64,000 nt of DNA from Harriotta raleighana (lineage: Eukaryota): contig JBNZDD010013720.1 of assembly GCA_050575255.1 (NCBI GenBank), positions 7,262,303-7,326,302 of the forward strand, written 5' to 3'. Every line of letters begins with the position of its first letter. Position 1 is the first letter of the stretch. Both the position numbers and the translations under genes were made by a program. Under the pieces are notes generated by a model. That model was not told the DNA's origin. It searched no databases and worked only from the letters and a program-made list of their open reading frames with translations. Shown here one piece after another: positions 52,232 through 64,000 of this stretch.

Positions 52232-55200
52232 TCATAGAATATATTGAAATGTGGATTGATCTATTCATTTTGAGAGAAGAGGCTGTGCATCAGATATAAA
52301 TTGCATGAACCATGTAGATTAAAGTGGACTTGAAAGATACAAGCTATTCCAGTTGAACATAATCTTGATTAAAGCAGGATTCACTTAGGAGCATGTTTGC
52401 TGATGTAGACATCTCCTGCTTGTTTTAAAAGTATTGGATCATGTCTAATTCCGTCACAGCAACCATTTTGAGAGCAAGCCATTTTCGCTGATTTTCTGAG
52501 TGAGGTGTTTGCAAACTACTACATGGATCGTGGCTGTTTCAAATTGTTATTCAGTGCTTTATTGGTTTCTCTACTTAAATCCAATTTGCCCTTGGGATCA
52601 GTTCTCTGAATGGAATTGCTTAGCAACAACTAGGAAGGAGAATTCCCTCTTGATGAGAAGTATTCCCAATATGATTAAGCATGTTATTCTTAACAATTCA
52701 GATATAAGAAAGAAAGATTGAGAGATGAGAAAAAATGTAAATGGTATCCCTATATCTCTGATGTAAGGCTTTCCATGAGCTCACCAACATTCAGAGGCAC
52801 AGAAACTTTGTATGCTAGCAGAGTAGCCTTAATGGAACCTGGAATAGATTACTTAAATTCATAGATGGCAGTGAACCAAGCTGGAGACATCCATATACTC
52901 CATTTGGAAAAATTAGAGCATCATACCTGTCATCACCTGAATGCTATTGTATATTTCAAGAGCATATAAACATAAGTCAGTAACTACATTTTGTATCATT
53001 TAATGGCTTATTTTTGTCTCAGAGCAGATGATACATAGCTGAGTACATATTATATATATTGTAGTTCAGTCCATTGAGGTTCCACAACATGCGATTTTAA
53101 GTGTGCAGGTAAAGTAAAGTCACAGAGCACTTAATATTGGCATTGAGCCCGAAGGTGAGGGGTGGTTAGGTGAGGAGGTGATCATAGGCACAGTCAAAGT
53201 GAAAGGTCTACTGGGGAACAAGGAGGTAAGGCGAAGGGAAAGAGTTGCAAAGTTTAAAGGTATAATGGTTGAAATTTCTTATTCGAGGTCCATGACAATG
53301 CAAGCCCAAAGGAAAGATCTTGCATTCTTATCATGTTAAAACATTTCAAAATACAGTATTTGTGCAGAAATGCTGTGCAGAACATGAAATCTGTAGAAAC
53401 TGGGTAAAGACTATTCAGAATATTTTTGATTTAATCATCAGTTATAATCCCATTTTTTTGAGCTAGATTCAAATCTGGTTCCAAGAAGCAAAGGGCTGTG
53501 GTCTAATTCACTGTATCACCCAGGCCTCTGCAAATGTGTTTTTAGAATTAAATTTTTGGCAAATAATGTGCTTAGAATTCTAATGTAATAATGCTTATAA
53601 TGCGCATTTAATAGAATAGGTAGATAGCAATTTAAGATTGGATTTAATTCAAAGACATATTTTTATAAATATGGGGATTTGAATGTACAAATCCATATCT
53701 TGCCTATATATGAAGTGGGGAATAAGATATCTGCTGGTATAATTTTCATTAATCCTTTGCTAAAAGATAAATTAAGTGATGCTTTATGTAATATAGTAGC
53801 TGTAGGTATCAGGCAGCACATGATTTACTTTCAACTCCATCATCTCCTCGTCACCTTTATTACCCTTTCAGCTATATCACCACTAATGTATGGACGGCTT
53901 GCATGTCATGATGAAGCATCTAAAAGAACCTTTCCTTTTTTTAAATATTAAACCATAGATGATATAATTTGAAGAATAATAAATGTCTGGCTGTGAACTC
54001 AAGATGGAATTCAGTCTGAACTGCTTTAACTTTGCTCTTGTGGTTTATGAGATGCTTGGAGCCTCTCAGATGAATTACTGCTGACCTTGTATACTGTACA
54101 TCTATATACATAGCACTGTTCCGCAGTGTTCATTCCTCTTGTGCGTGCATGCGTACCAGCACGTAAACTATTCATGGCATTAGCGATCACTATAGAAGTT
54201 GAAGTACAGTACAATTTGGCAAAATGGCTAATTTAGACATCATTTGAATATGAATTGTTTCTGCCTCTAAATGGCACTAATGTTTGTTAGTAAATGTCGA
54301 TGGAGCAAATCTCTCCTGTGTTTCACAATAGATTTCTCAGTGGTGTTGATGGGAATAAGATTTGTAATAAAACTGTCAACAGACATCCAAATCCTTGACT
54401 ACTTTAGGAGGATAGTGTTAGTTAACTGATATTGCAGAATTCATTGTGCATTCATATACTCACAGAATCGTTTTTGGAATATGTAAGAGGTAATCAGAAC
54501 ATGTTTCAGTCAGTATATTTTATAATGGATGCAATAATTTATTGTGTTTCCAGAGAAGGAATAAAACATTAACTTTAATGCTATTTGTGAAGGAGTTAAT
54601 ATATTATTTGTATTTTGTGTAGAATTAATATGATAGCAATTATAGTTCCTGCTAATTCAATTTGGAAACAATTCAGTTGCTGTCCTTAGAAGATATAATG
54701 GAACTCAGTTATTTTCAGTATATTTCTCGCTGATATATCACACAGAGTAATTCTAATCAATTAGTGTAACCAGTCACTTAGCAAGAAAAGCAATATTCAG
54801 TGCCCTGATCTTCAAGGGTTATAGGCACATCAAATAATGTACAGACACATTCTTTTAGGACATTTAGTTAGGCTAAAAATTGCTACTCAAGGAATGTGGT
54901 GGCAATACTTTTTTGTCAGCAGAAAAAGCACCTTACAACATAAACTAGAGTGTTTTATCATTAATGTTCTCTCGATTGCAGAGTCTACAAACTTTAGGGC
55001 TGGGATTCATTCAATCATAGCCTGCAAGATCAATTTGACTTAAAATCATAAAGATTGCAATTGGGGAAATTCTTAAGAAAAAATGTCTTTATCCGGAAGC
55101 GTTCTAAGAAATGTGAAAAAGTCCACTTCCAAATTAAGACTGAATTTGAGATTTTGGGAGTTTAAATCACAAATTATTTATTCTAGTAGCATCAAAGTAT

Positions 55201-55469
55201 GCTTTCCTGAGGAGTGTCTATTCAACATACATTTGCATTCACTCCTTAAGGACAACTACTCTCTGTACAGTAAAGGGAGTTGAAATGCAAATGAAAAATC
55301 TCTTGATGTTGTAATTTAGTATGTTGAAAAGGAACAAATGACAAACTGCAGCTGGCAACTGAAATTAACATGAAAGAAGAGCTATGGATCAGTTTTGCCC
55401 TGGTGATATCACATGCAAGAGCAGTGATGGTGTTTTTGTTACCGAGATCTATGTGATTTCACCACATAA

Positions 55470-55680
55470 TAATATAATAATAGTCCTTGCATTGACATAG
55501 CGCCTTATCACATATTCAAGACATCTCAAAGTGCTTTCACAGAATAGTGTAAAGTGATTTGACTGTGAATTTTGTGGGCAAAATTCAGCAGCCAATTTCA
55601 CACAGCTGTGTCCCACAAACTCTTGCGGATTGAGTAACCAAATTAGAATTTTTATTTATTTTCAAGGAGTTATTATCCCC
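55470..55680 (-). mobile_element. SINE family A, 3' two-thirds
   Basis: Tail and CAGCCAATTTCACACAGCTGTGTCCCACAAAC body on plus. Confidence 0.8.
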
Positions 55681-56159
55681 AGAAAATAAGGGAATCCAAT
55701 CAACTGGATTCCTACTTACTATACATTACTGAAAAAAAATTGAAAGTATAAAAAATTTGTCACATTTTCAAGACCCTTCCAAGAAATGTTATGAAATTAT
55801 TATCTGTAAAATATCAATGATTAAATGCAAATGTATTAATCTTAGTCTACAGAATGTTCCTCATAACACCCTTGGAGTAAGGGCTTGTCATCAAAGAGGT
55901 CGTTAGCCTAACCCCTGGTCATAAACGGAGCAAACAGTCCACAATTTCACCAAGTCTTAACTTGAAAGACTATCTTGTTTTAAAATTTAAAACTATGCAG
56001 AACTGTGAAAAATTCATATGTTCAGGCTTAATTTGGAACTGGGTTTCCTCCTTTTCTTGAATTAAAACAGTTTTTTTTTAACAAACAAAAAGTCCACAAT
56101 TCTGCATAGAATTAAATTTTATGGGAAAAATGAACTTGAAAGGTAAAACTGGGTGAAAT

Positions 56160-57222
56160 ATAGGCCTAAGAAAGGTGGATTCTGTAATAAATGACAAAAT
56201 TGGCTGGGAGATAGAAAGGGGAGAGTGGTAGTAAACAATTGTATTGCTGACTGGAGAAAAGTGTGTAGCAGTGTCCCACACTGGTCGTTATTGGGACCAT
56301 TGGTATTTTTGATCTACATAAATGATGACTTGGGCACAGGGAATACAATTTCCAAGTTTGCAGATGGCACGAGGCTTGAAAGAATAAGGAGGATAGTAGC
56401 AGACTGCAAGAGGATCTAGACAGACTGGTGAAATGAGCAGAAACATGGCAGATGAAGTTTAATGTGAAGAAATGCAAAGTTATTTTGGGAGGAAGAATAA
56501 GGAGAATCAATATAAGTTAGATGATATAATCTTAAAGGGGTGAAGGAACAGAGAGAACTGGGGATTCATGTAAGTAACTTTTTCAAGGTGGCATGACAGT
56601 TAGATGAAGCTGTTTTAAAAAAAAGTATGTGGGTTAGTAGGCTTTATAAATAGGGTCATCGAATACAAATGTCAGGAAATTATGATGAACATTTATAAAA
56701 CACTGGTTAGGCCTCAGCTGGAGTGCTGTGTTCAGTTCTGTGCACCATACTTTAGTTAGGATGTCAAGGTATTGGAGAGGATGCAAAGGAGATTTCATGG
56801 TATCAGTAATGAGGCACTTCACTTATGAAGAGAGGCTCGAGAAGCTAGGATTACTCTCCTGGAGCAGCAAAGGTTAAGAGGAGAGTTAATAGAAGTTTTC
56901 AAAGTTATGAAGAGATTGGATAATGTGAACAAGGAAAAACTAGTTCCACTGGTGAGTGGATCGGTAACCCGAGGACACTGATTTAAAATAGAAAGAAACA
57001 GAGGGTAGATGAGGAGAATTTTTTCACACAGTGAGTTGTTTGGATCTGAAAGCTGATTCGATAGAAACCTTTAAGAGAGAAGTAGATCATTATTTGGGGA
57101 GGACACGTTTGTGGGGCTGTAGGGAGAGTGCGGGGGGAATGGGATTGATTTGGATAGTACTTTTCAAAGAGACAGGCACGATGGGTCAAATGGCCTCCTT
57201 CTGTTCTGTATAATTCTATGAT
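56160..57222 (+). mobile_element. CR1 LINE ~1 kb (RT domain end to 3' tail), frameshifted
   Basis: WRKVCSSVPHWSLLGPLVFLIYINDDL...ISKFADGT (cf. GVPQGSVLGP..F..YINDL...SKFADDT); ends ATTCTATGATTC. Confidence 0.92.
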
Positions 57223-57878
57223 TCCATTCAAAAAAGATTTCTGTTACATTCAACTATAATGAATTACAGTAACAAGGAAGTACTGTACTGACAGCTACTG
57301 GATGAGAATCTCAATGACAACTGACTGCATTACTGGTAGAGAAAAATCATAAAAGGGAGAGTGTTGCAGTTGGGGAAAGGCCTTACCGCAATGAATTGAG
57401 TTTGGTTGAGTCAAAAGATTTCATCCCTACCTTAATTGTTTCAGCATAATTAAATTCATGCTGAGGTAGGTTGGTGTGTCACAAAACAGCACTGTGTGCT
57501 GTTCTCTGCAATTGAGAACAAACAACAGTGGCCAACAGCAACTTTGACTAGCTTGAAGGAGTAGGGGTTGATAATATTAATTGACATTGCAATCACGAGG
57601 CTATGTAGAAACAAAGAGCAGATGTTTGGGACTGAAAGGATTGCTCTTTAAAATAGCCAGCACAGACAGGCTTCTTTTGGACTATAAATTCCTATGGTTC
57701 TATTATATCTTCCACTCCATGATGAATTAAAAGGTAGATAGTTAATCAAGATCCAAACTATTTGATGTGTTCCTACCAAACAGAGAAAGTGTGGGCCTGG
57801 CAACAGTACCAACCCTTTATGTCTGAGAAAGGGCAGTTCTAATAACACTGAAAAAGCAGGAGAAGTGAGCCTATAGAT

Positions 57879-58061
57879 CAGTGGTGGCCAACCGTTATGG
57901 TCGGAGTAATTTCTTGATATATGCCATAAATCAAATATTCAATCAAGAACAAACTTCAAAACCCACTACAGATCAAACAGACTACAGACCTAAATTTGTA
58001 TGAATGTATAGGGAGGAACCGCTTCTTGAGAACCCCGCGTGCCAAAACTTGGCCATCACTT
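57879..58061. mobile_element. Small hAT (Charlie/MER5-like) MITE
   Basis: CAGTGGTGGCCAA ... TTGGCCATCACTT terminal inverted repeats (11/13); left flank CTATAGAT; TSD not preserved. Confidence 0.5.
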
Positions 58062-59189
58062 CATCATATGTCCACAAGCTGATGAAATGTAAGCAGAGAT
58101 CAGAGGAATGGAGGGTCTTTCGTACAAGTCAAACTCAAATAAAACTTAAAATTGTGATATTTGAGTTGAGGTGTTAATTATTAGCACTGGTGTAAAATGA
58201 ACAAAACCACAAATTTTACACCATGAAGTGCTTCTGATCAATGGCTCATTTTGCTGTGAATTTACTGAAATGCATGAAGGGAGCTAAATATAAAAGGAAA
58301 CAAATGATCAGAATTGTTTGAGCAGTAGGAGTACTCATGCTGATCAGGTGAACTTGATTCTGTGTTCTGTCATTATCACACACCTCTTCGCATGGAAATA
58401 GTCAAGTCTATCATATTCTGATCGCTTAGAGATAGTGATTTTTTATTTCTTACATCTTTCTGTTTGGATGTCTCATTTTAAAGACATAAGGAAATTTTCC
58501 CTATTTTAGGGGGAACAGCGTATGAATTTTTTCATTTCTAATTTACTCACCGATAAAGATAACTGAAGAAAATCTAGTTAAATTCCCAAACTGAGCAAAT
58601 GAGCATCTCCTGCTGGCCAGCGTGTGCATTCACAACTGCTGTAATGATAGAACAAATATCCTTCCATCAAACTTGCTTCCATTACTGCCTGAGGGTAAAA
58701 TGGCAAACGTAAGAGCTTTACAGAATATAAATCATGGGATATAACTGGTGAAATAAAACACAAAGGTGCTTGTAGCACGATAAAGCCATGTCACACATGC
58801 CCATACATGCATCAACCACTGTTTCACCGATCTATGTCACATATGAAACTGCCTCACGGCAAAGATTGAAATGATAAAATCCATGGGTACCTGTCTTTCT
58901 TGTAAAAAAAATATTTTTCAATGAAGGACACCCTGACTTTAAAAGAAGAAAATGCAAAAGAATAAGTTGATAATTTATCAACCTTACACTTCAGCCTTCT
59001 GTACAAAATCTTTGGTTGATTGTACTATATTCACTGGAAGACTATTCAGTAGTGTGTAATCACACAGGACAGTTTTCTCTCTGTGCTAAGTCATGGTTCA
59101 GCTGAAGTACAGTGCACCACACATGGTCAGGGAATTGAAACATGTAGCAGCTGTTACTATCTGTTCACTGCTGCTCTATTATAACTTAC

Positions 59190-59256
59190 CAGGCTCTGTC
59201 TCCTCCTCAGAGACCTTTTTTGACAGAAGGACCTTTTCCTTTGAGTAAACTGGCAT
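59190..59256 (-). CDS. Candidate first coding exon of an unidentified gene (MPVYSKEKVLLSKKVSEEETEP + 1 nt)
   Basis: AAACCATG start context with in-frame TAA just upstream, 22 open codons, purine-rich, perfect donor CTG|GTAAGT, in repeat-poor sequence; no homology recognised. Confidence 0.4.
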
Positions 59257-61304
59257 GGTTTAATCTTTGGCGTAGTGATTTACACCTTTGATTCATTTTA
59301 GTACCAGTGAGCAATTGTAGATTTTAAAAACTAATAAGAACCTAATGTTCTTCTGACTTGCAGTTCATTCAGCCCAAGAGCATGAGATTGCCAACTTTAC
59401 AGAAATCAGAAGGTTTCCAATATGTTCACATCCGCTAGTGCTTGAAAATGAATGAGGCTGTATCCTTTCTGTCATTTCACCAACTAAACTGTATCTCATC
59501 AAACATTAAGTAATTGTGAGATTGCAAAATCATACCTCGAATGCCAGCTGTGCTCGCTCGGGTATAGCCAACTCCCAGCTTGAATCACAGTTAGATCAGC
59601 AGAGATTTCTTACTCGACCAAAGAACAAAAGATGGCCTTCTTAAATTATTAATTTGACTTTTTCCTTTCATTCTTCTCTCCTGAAGAAATGTGATTGTTT
59701 TCCCTCTCCCTACTGGTCCTGATCCTGGGACGTCCTCCCAATGTTAAAGACGCTCTATAGATATAATGTTGTTGTTGTTGATCCCTGGCTGAGCAGCATC
59801 CTCCTGATGTGAAAGATGATTAGAAATGTAATTTTGTTGTTGTTGTTTTATTGGGATGTCATTCAACAGAAGCCAGATACTCTCTTGTACCTCACCCAAG
59901 TATTTGAGTGCAAGATCCCAAACACAATGGCAGCAAGTCGACAAACTCTGGGAACATTGCAGTCGAACCAATAGCTGTAAAAGCCACACTTGTCTTTTTC
60001 CAAGTGCTACAAGTCGTGATGAAGTGTGAGGTGCTCCATAGATGGGATAGACCCAATGGCATCTCCATTCAGACCCTTAAAATTAACAATCTTTGATAAA
60101 GGGCCTTATCACCACATCTCAAACTTCTATACAGGAGTTACTGGGAGGTATGGTGACTGTGCATTTGTAGATGAGCGCGGCAGACAATTTATCACAGCAA
60201 TGTCCCACAAAAAGCCGTAGAGTGAATTAATTTCCTTTTTCTATAGAGGAATGCTATCTATTAGCACTGAATTAATTTCCTTTATCTATAGAATTACATT
60301 ATCGTAAGTTTTTCATTCCCTTTCAAAATGCAGAATAGGCCAGTTACTTATGCACCGGAAGTTACAATAATGTTAAAATGTAACATTTATGTACTGCATC
60401 GAATGATGGTGAGTTGGGAGTCTTTGTAAGAGAGCTGTGAGTGGGCAGGTGTAATTATATTGCATGCTTGCACTGCTCTTGAGTGGGAGAAAGCAGAACT
60501 GTGGTCTGCGTACTTAAAATGTGTGCACGAAGCTCCACTCATCAGCCTCCGCCTGCAAATTGACAGTTCTAACAATAGAAAAGGGATGACAGGAGTCAAT
60601 TCTTTTCTACCATTAGAAATGTAAAGGCAGTAAAGTGGGCTTTGAGTTTAAAACGTATGTTTCACAATTGTATTCCAGCCCTCTGTAAGACCACAATACT
60701 GAAGTCAGTCTGCAATCAGCAGCCAATGCTGGTCAGCTCTTTGCAAATTGCCAATTCCTGTAAAGTCACAAGCAATATACTGTTTATATTAAACTATTGT
60801 GCAGTGCCAATGCAAATCTGATGGCTATATCAGTTTCAACAATCCCCATGGTTTGATTTATACTCAGATTCACTACTCGTGGTAAACCTCCAACATTCAT
60901 ACTGATTCAATATTAGCTAATGTTTCATCCCATTAGACAAGGATGGATTCAGACCATTGTTTCAATGTTGTAACCCACTGAACCACACAATCTCTCAAAC
61001 GCTCTCAAAGTTATTTAATCAGAAGACCACAGATAAATAGAAGGCTCTACAGAGGGCATTGAGGTCTGACTATTATTCCCACTTGTGCTGCACATTATGA
61101 TTAACCTTGGGAAATAAAATTGCTGTTCCCATTACCCCTAAACATACTAATTACTTTTGAAACACTTTCAGACATTTTGACCTGGTAAGATTTCTTTATT
61201 TCTTCTTTGTCTATTTTATATCAGGCTCTACCACTGTTAAGCGCTCTGAGACGTTGCCCTATGTGGAGAGTGCTATATAAGTGCAAGTTGTTGTTGTTTA
61301 TATC

Positions 61305-61560
61305 AGCCTGGTGCAATGGTAGCACTCTCACTTCTGAGTCAGAAAGTCGTGGGTTCATATGGTTTAAGATAACACTTCAATTCAGTGCTAGGGATGTGCC
61401 TAATTCAGTGCTAGGAAGTGCCGTCCTTTGGATAATACATTAAAAAGCAAGGTCTCATCTGCCCATTCAGGTGGAGCTTAAAAATCCCATGGCATTATTT
61501 GAAAATTGAATGGAGTTTCTCCCAATGTCTTGGCCAACAATTCCCCCAAATAAAACAAAT
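61305..61560 (+). mobile_element. Deu-domain SINE (SacSINE1-like): head and core
   Basis: TGGTAGCACTCTCACTTCTGAGTCAGAAAGTCGTGGGTTCA head; GAAGTGCCGTCCTTTGGAT...TTCAGGTGGAGCTTAAAAATCCCATGGCATTATTTGAA core. Confidence 0.75.
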
Positions 61561-61574
61561 TGTTCACTCACTCC

Positions 61575-62000
61575 ATTAACAACAAAATTACAGTTTCAGA
61601 GCACCTTTCAGGTTGGAAGGACGTCCGAAGGCCCTGCACAGTCAGAAGTCAGGAGGCAAGCATGGGGGTTGGGGGGGGGGGCAGGATTGGGATGAGGGAG
61701 GGCAGAGAAATAGAATGGCTGCTGAAGGCACGGTCGAAGAGAAGGGTCTCAAGACTGGTCTTGAAGGAGGCAAGGTTGGGAGCAAGGTGAAGGGATTGTG
61801 GAATGGAGTTCCAATGTGTAGGGGCAGAGGCAGAAAGCATAGCCATCCATGATAGGGCGGGTTGGGCAGGAGACATGGAGCAGGCTGAAGTCCGGTGAAC
61901 AGAGGGAGTGGACAGATTGATAGGAGTCAGCAGGTCAGAGAGGTAGGATGGGGCAATGCTGGGGAGGGCTTTGAAAGTGAGGATAAGGTTCTTGAATTTG
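61575..62000 (-). mobile_element. L2 LINE 3' fragment
   Basis: SASAPTHWNSIPQSLHLAPNLASFKTSLETLLFDRAF. Confidence 0.9.
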
Positions 62001-63146
62001 TTGGCTGTTTTGGGACTTTGCTGTGTGGAAAGTGGCTGTCACATTTCTAATTTTCTATTAGATCCCCCAGTCTATCCCGAGAGTAGTAACCTATCAGCCC
62101 TAGTATTATCTTGATAAGCCTTTTTGCATTACTGCTATATCCTTTTTACAGTATGGAGGGTGAAATCAACACATAATTGCTTTTAATAGTCTGATTGATT
62201 GAAGTAGGAAGAGAAACAGAAGAAAATTCGAGTTCCATAGTCTTTATGGTTCTATTAAATCTGAGTTACAATAATATTACAGTACTTGCATTTGATATAG
62301 TACATCATTGTATCTAAGCTTTATAATGTTATTTACCCACAAAACACAATGTAGATTTACTCAGTCCTTTAATTCACTTTACAAATCATCCTCTTTCAAA
62401 TCTATTTCTTTCTCACTCTCTTTCAAAATCTGCAAGTCACTCTTCCCGTAATCCTTTAATACTTGCAGTATCCTTATTCAATTGCCAATTATATCATTAA
62501 AGCAAATATGCAACAAACATCTCAAAGTGCTTCATGAGGTTTTACTACACATTTGTGATTATTTATTTGTAGGTGAATGTGGAAACCAGTTTGTACACAA
62601 CAGTGTCTCAAGTCATGAAGTGACTGATCTTTTTATTTAGGGGATTGTTGGTTAAAACATCAGGAGAAATTTCCTTTTACTTTTTGAATAGTGTAATGGG
62701 AACTTTCACGTTTACCTAAACAGGGAGATAGGACATTGGAGCAAGAGGTGTAAATTGCATGAAAACTTTCGTTAAGATTAAGGATTCTAATTTGGGTTTG
62801 TAAACATGATTTAGCAAATATACTCGGGAAATAAGAGTTTTTGAAAGAAAAGGAAGGATGGTGGAGGCCAGGAAGCTGCACTGAATTAAAAAAAACTCAA
62901 TGCTATAATGGGAAGAGAGTTAGCCGGAGGATGTGATCAAATAGACTGAAAAGCCTTCTTCATCTGAACCTTCATCCAAACCTTTCTTGTGATCTTATGA
63001 AAGTAAGCAAATGTTGCTAGTTTCCGCTATCTTGAAGAGTATCTCAACATGTTTATAAATTTTTTCTGTATAGGTGAACCTCTGTATTGTGTATTGAATG
63101 GTGTAATTTATCATTGCAAAAAAGTAAAAGAAAGGAAAGCACAGTA

Positions 63147-63877
63147 CAGATATCCCTCGATTTACGACAGGGTTGCATTCCTGAAAAAACACACATAAAT
63201 CGAAATGTCATAAATCGGAACAGGTTTTCCCATACCTTCCCATTACATAATCCGAGATGCGTTCTTTTGACAAAATTTTCAGACCTAAAACCCACTAAAA
63301 TAACACTTTGCAACAAATAATTTAAGGATAATGATTCTTAATGAATTGAATTAATGAATAATGAATTTAATACCAAGTCGAGTGGGTCCCACAGCTCTCG
63401 CTCGCAATTGAGCGGGTCTTGTACCGCAAACAGATCCAGCCCCTAGACCCAATGTGAGCCCCAAAGTCTTTGGGATCACCTGATCACCTCATCCAATTGA
63501 CAACCATCATGTAAACAATGACGTAGTGACATGCTATTGATCAGTTCAACATGTTTACATGATGTCAAGTGGCTGCCGGTTGCTGATTGGATGAGGTGAT
63601 CCTCATCTAGTATATCGGGGATATACTAGATATATATCTCTGCCTGGGCCACTGTGTGGAGCATTTTTCTCAACATATCAACATACACATTTCAGGTTGG
63701 TATACAAAATATACAAGATATACTGCGTATTTTGATTTTTTCTACCCCCCAAAATCTATAATTTAAAAATGAGGTTAAAACGAAACAAAATATTGTACAG
63801 ATAAAAAGGTGTTAAAAAATTACATTTGTTAAATCGAAATCATGTAAATAGAGACATCGTAAATCGGGGGATACATG
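63147..63877. mobile_element. 731-bp Tigger/pogo-like non-autonomous DNA transposon with TA TSD
   Basis: TA|CAGATATCCCTCGATTTACGA ... TCGTAAATCGGGGGATACATG|TA (18/21 TIR match); subterminal TAAATCG repeats at both ends. Confidence 0.85.
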
Positions 63878-64000
63878 TATGTTTACTGAAACAATAGATT
63901 ATCCTTTTCATGTGCCATGACCCCAGAATTTAAACGATTCTGTGCAAAACCTACACATTTCATCATCAAGAGGGAACAACATTGACAGATCGGAAATCAT

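Overview
This window is AT-rich eukaryotic DNA, not prokaryotic. It has no long ORF, operon, rRNA, true tRNA or CRISPR array. It is dense in decayed retroelements: L2 and CR1 LINE fragments, one RTE-like fragment, an abundant tRNA-headed SINE with an L2-type tail, and Deu-domain (SacSINE1/AmnSINE1-like) SINEs. It also holds several non-autonomous DNA transposons (Tigger/pogo-like with TA flanks, and hAT-like). By recall, not by search, this repeat set looks like a cartilaginous fish, plausibly a chimaera or elephant shark. The recognisable ORFs in the track are frameshifted LINE ORF2 pieces; the rest look like chance ORFs. The window most likely lies in a very long intron or a gene desert. The best non-repeat signals are on the minus strand: a candidate first coding exon (59256->59190, MPVYSKEKVLLSKKVSEEETEP, phase-1 donor CTG|GTAAGT), and about 34 kb downstream a strong acceptor followed directly by a consensus donor (TTTTCTGTTGCAG|GTGAGT at 25103/25102), the signature of a recursive splice site. 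Other notable items are a near-perfect ~150-bp palindrome (41529-41677), a 107-bp Penelope-like insert with a 9-bp TSD and a decayed hammerhead-like core, and nested inverted SINEs. Four duplications around single Ns are probably assembly artefacts. I could not identify the host gene. Repeat boundaries are by eye and approximate.
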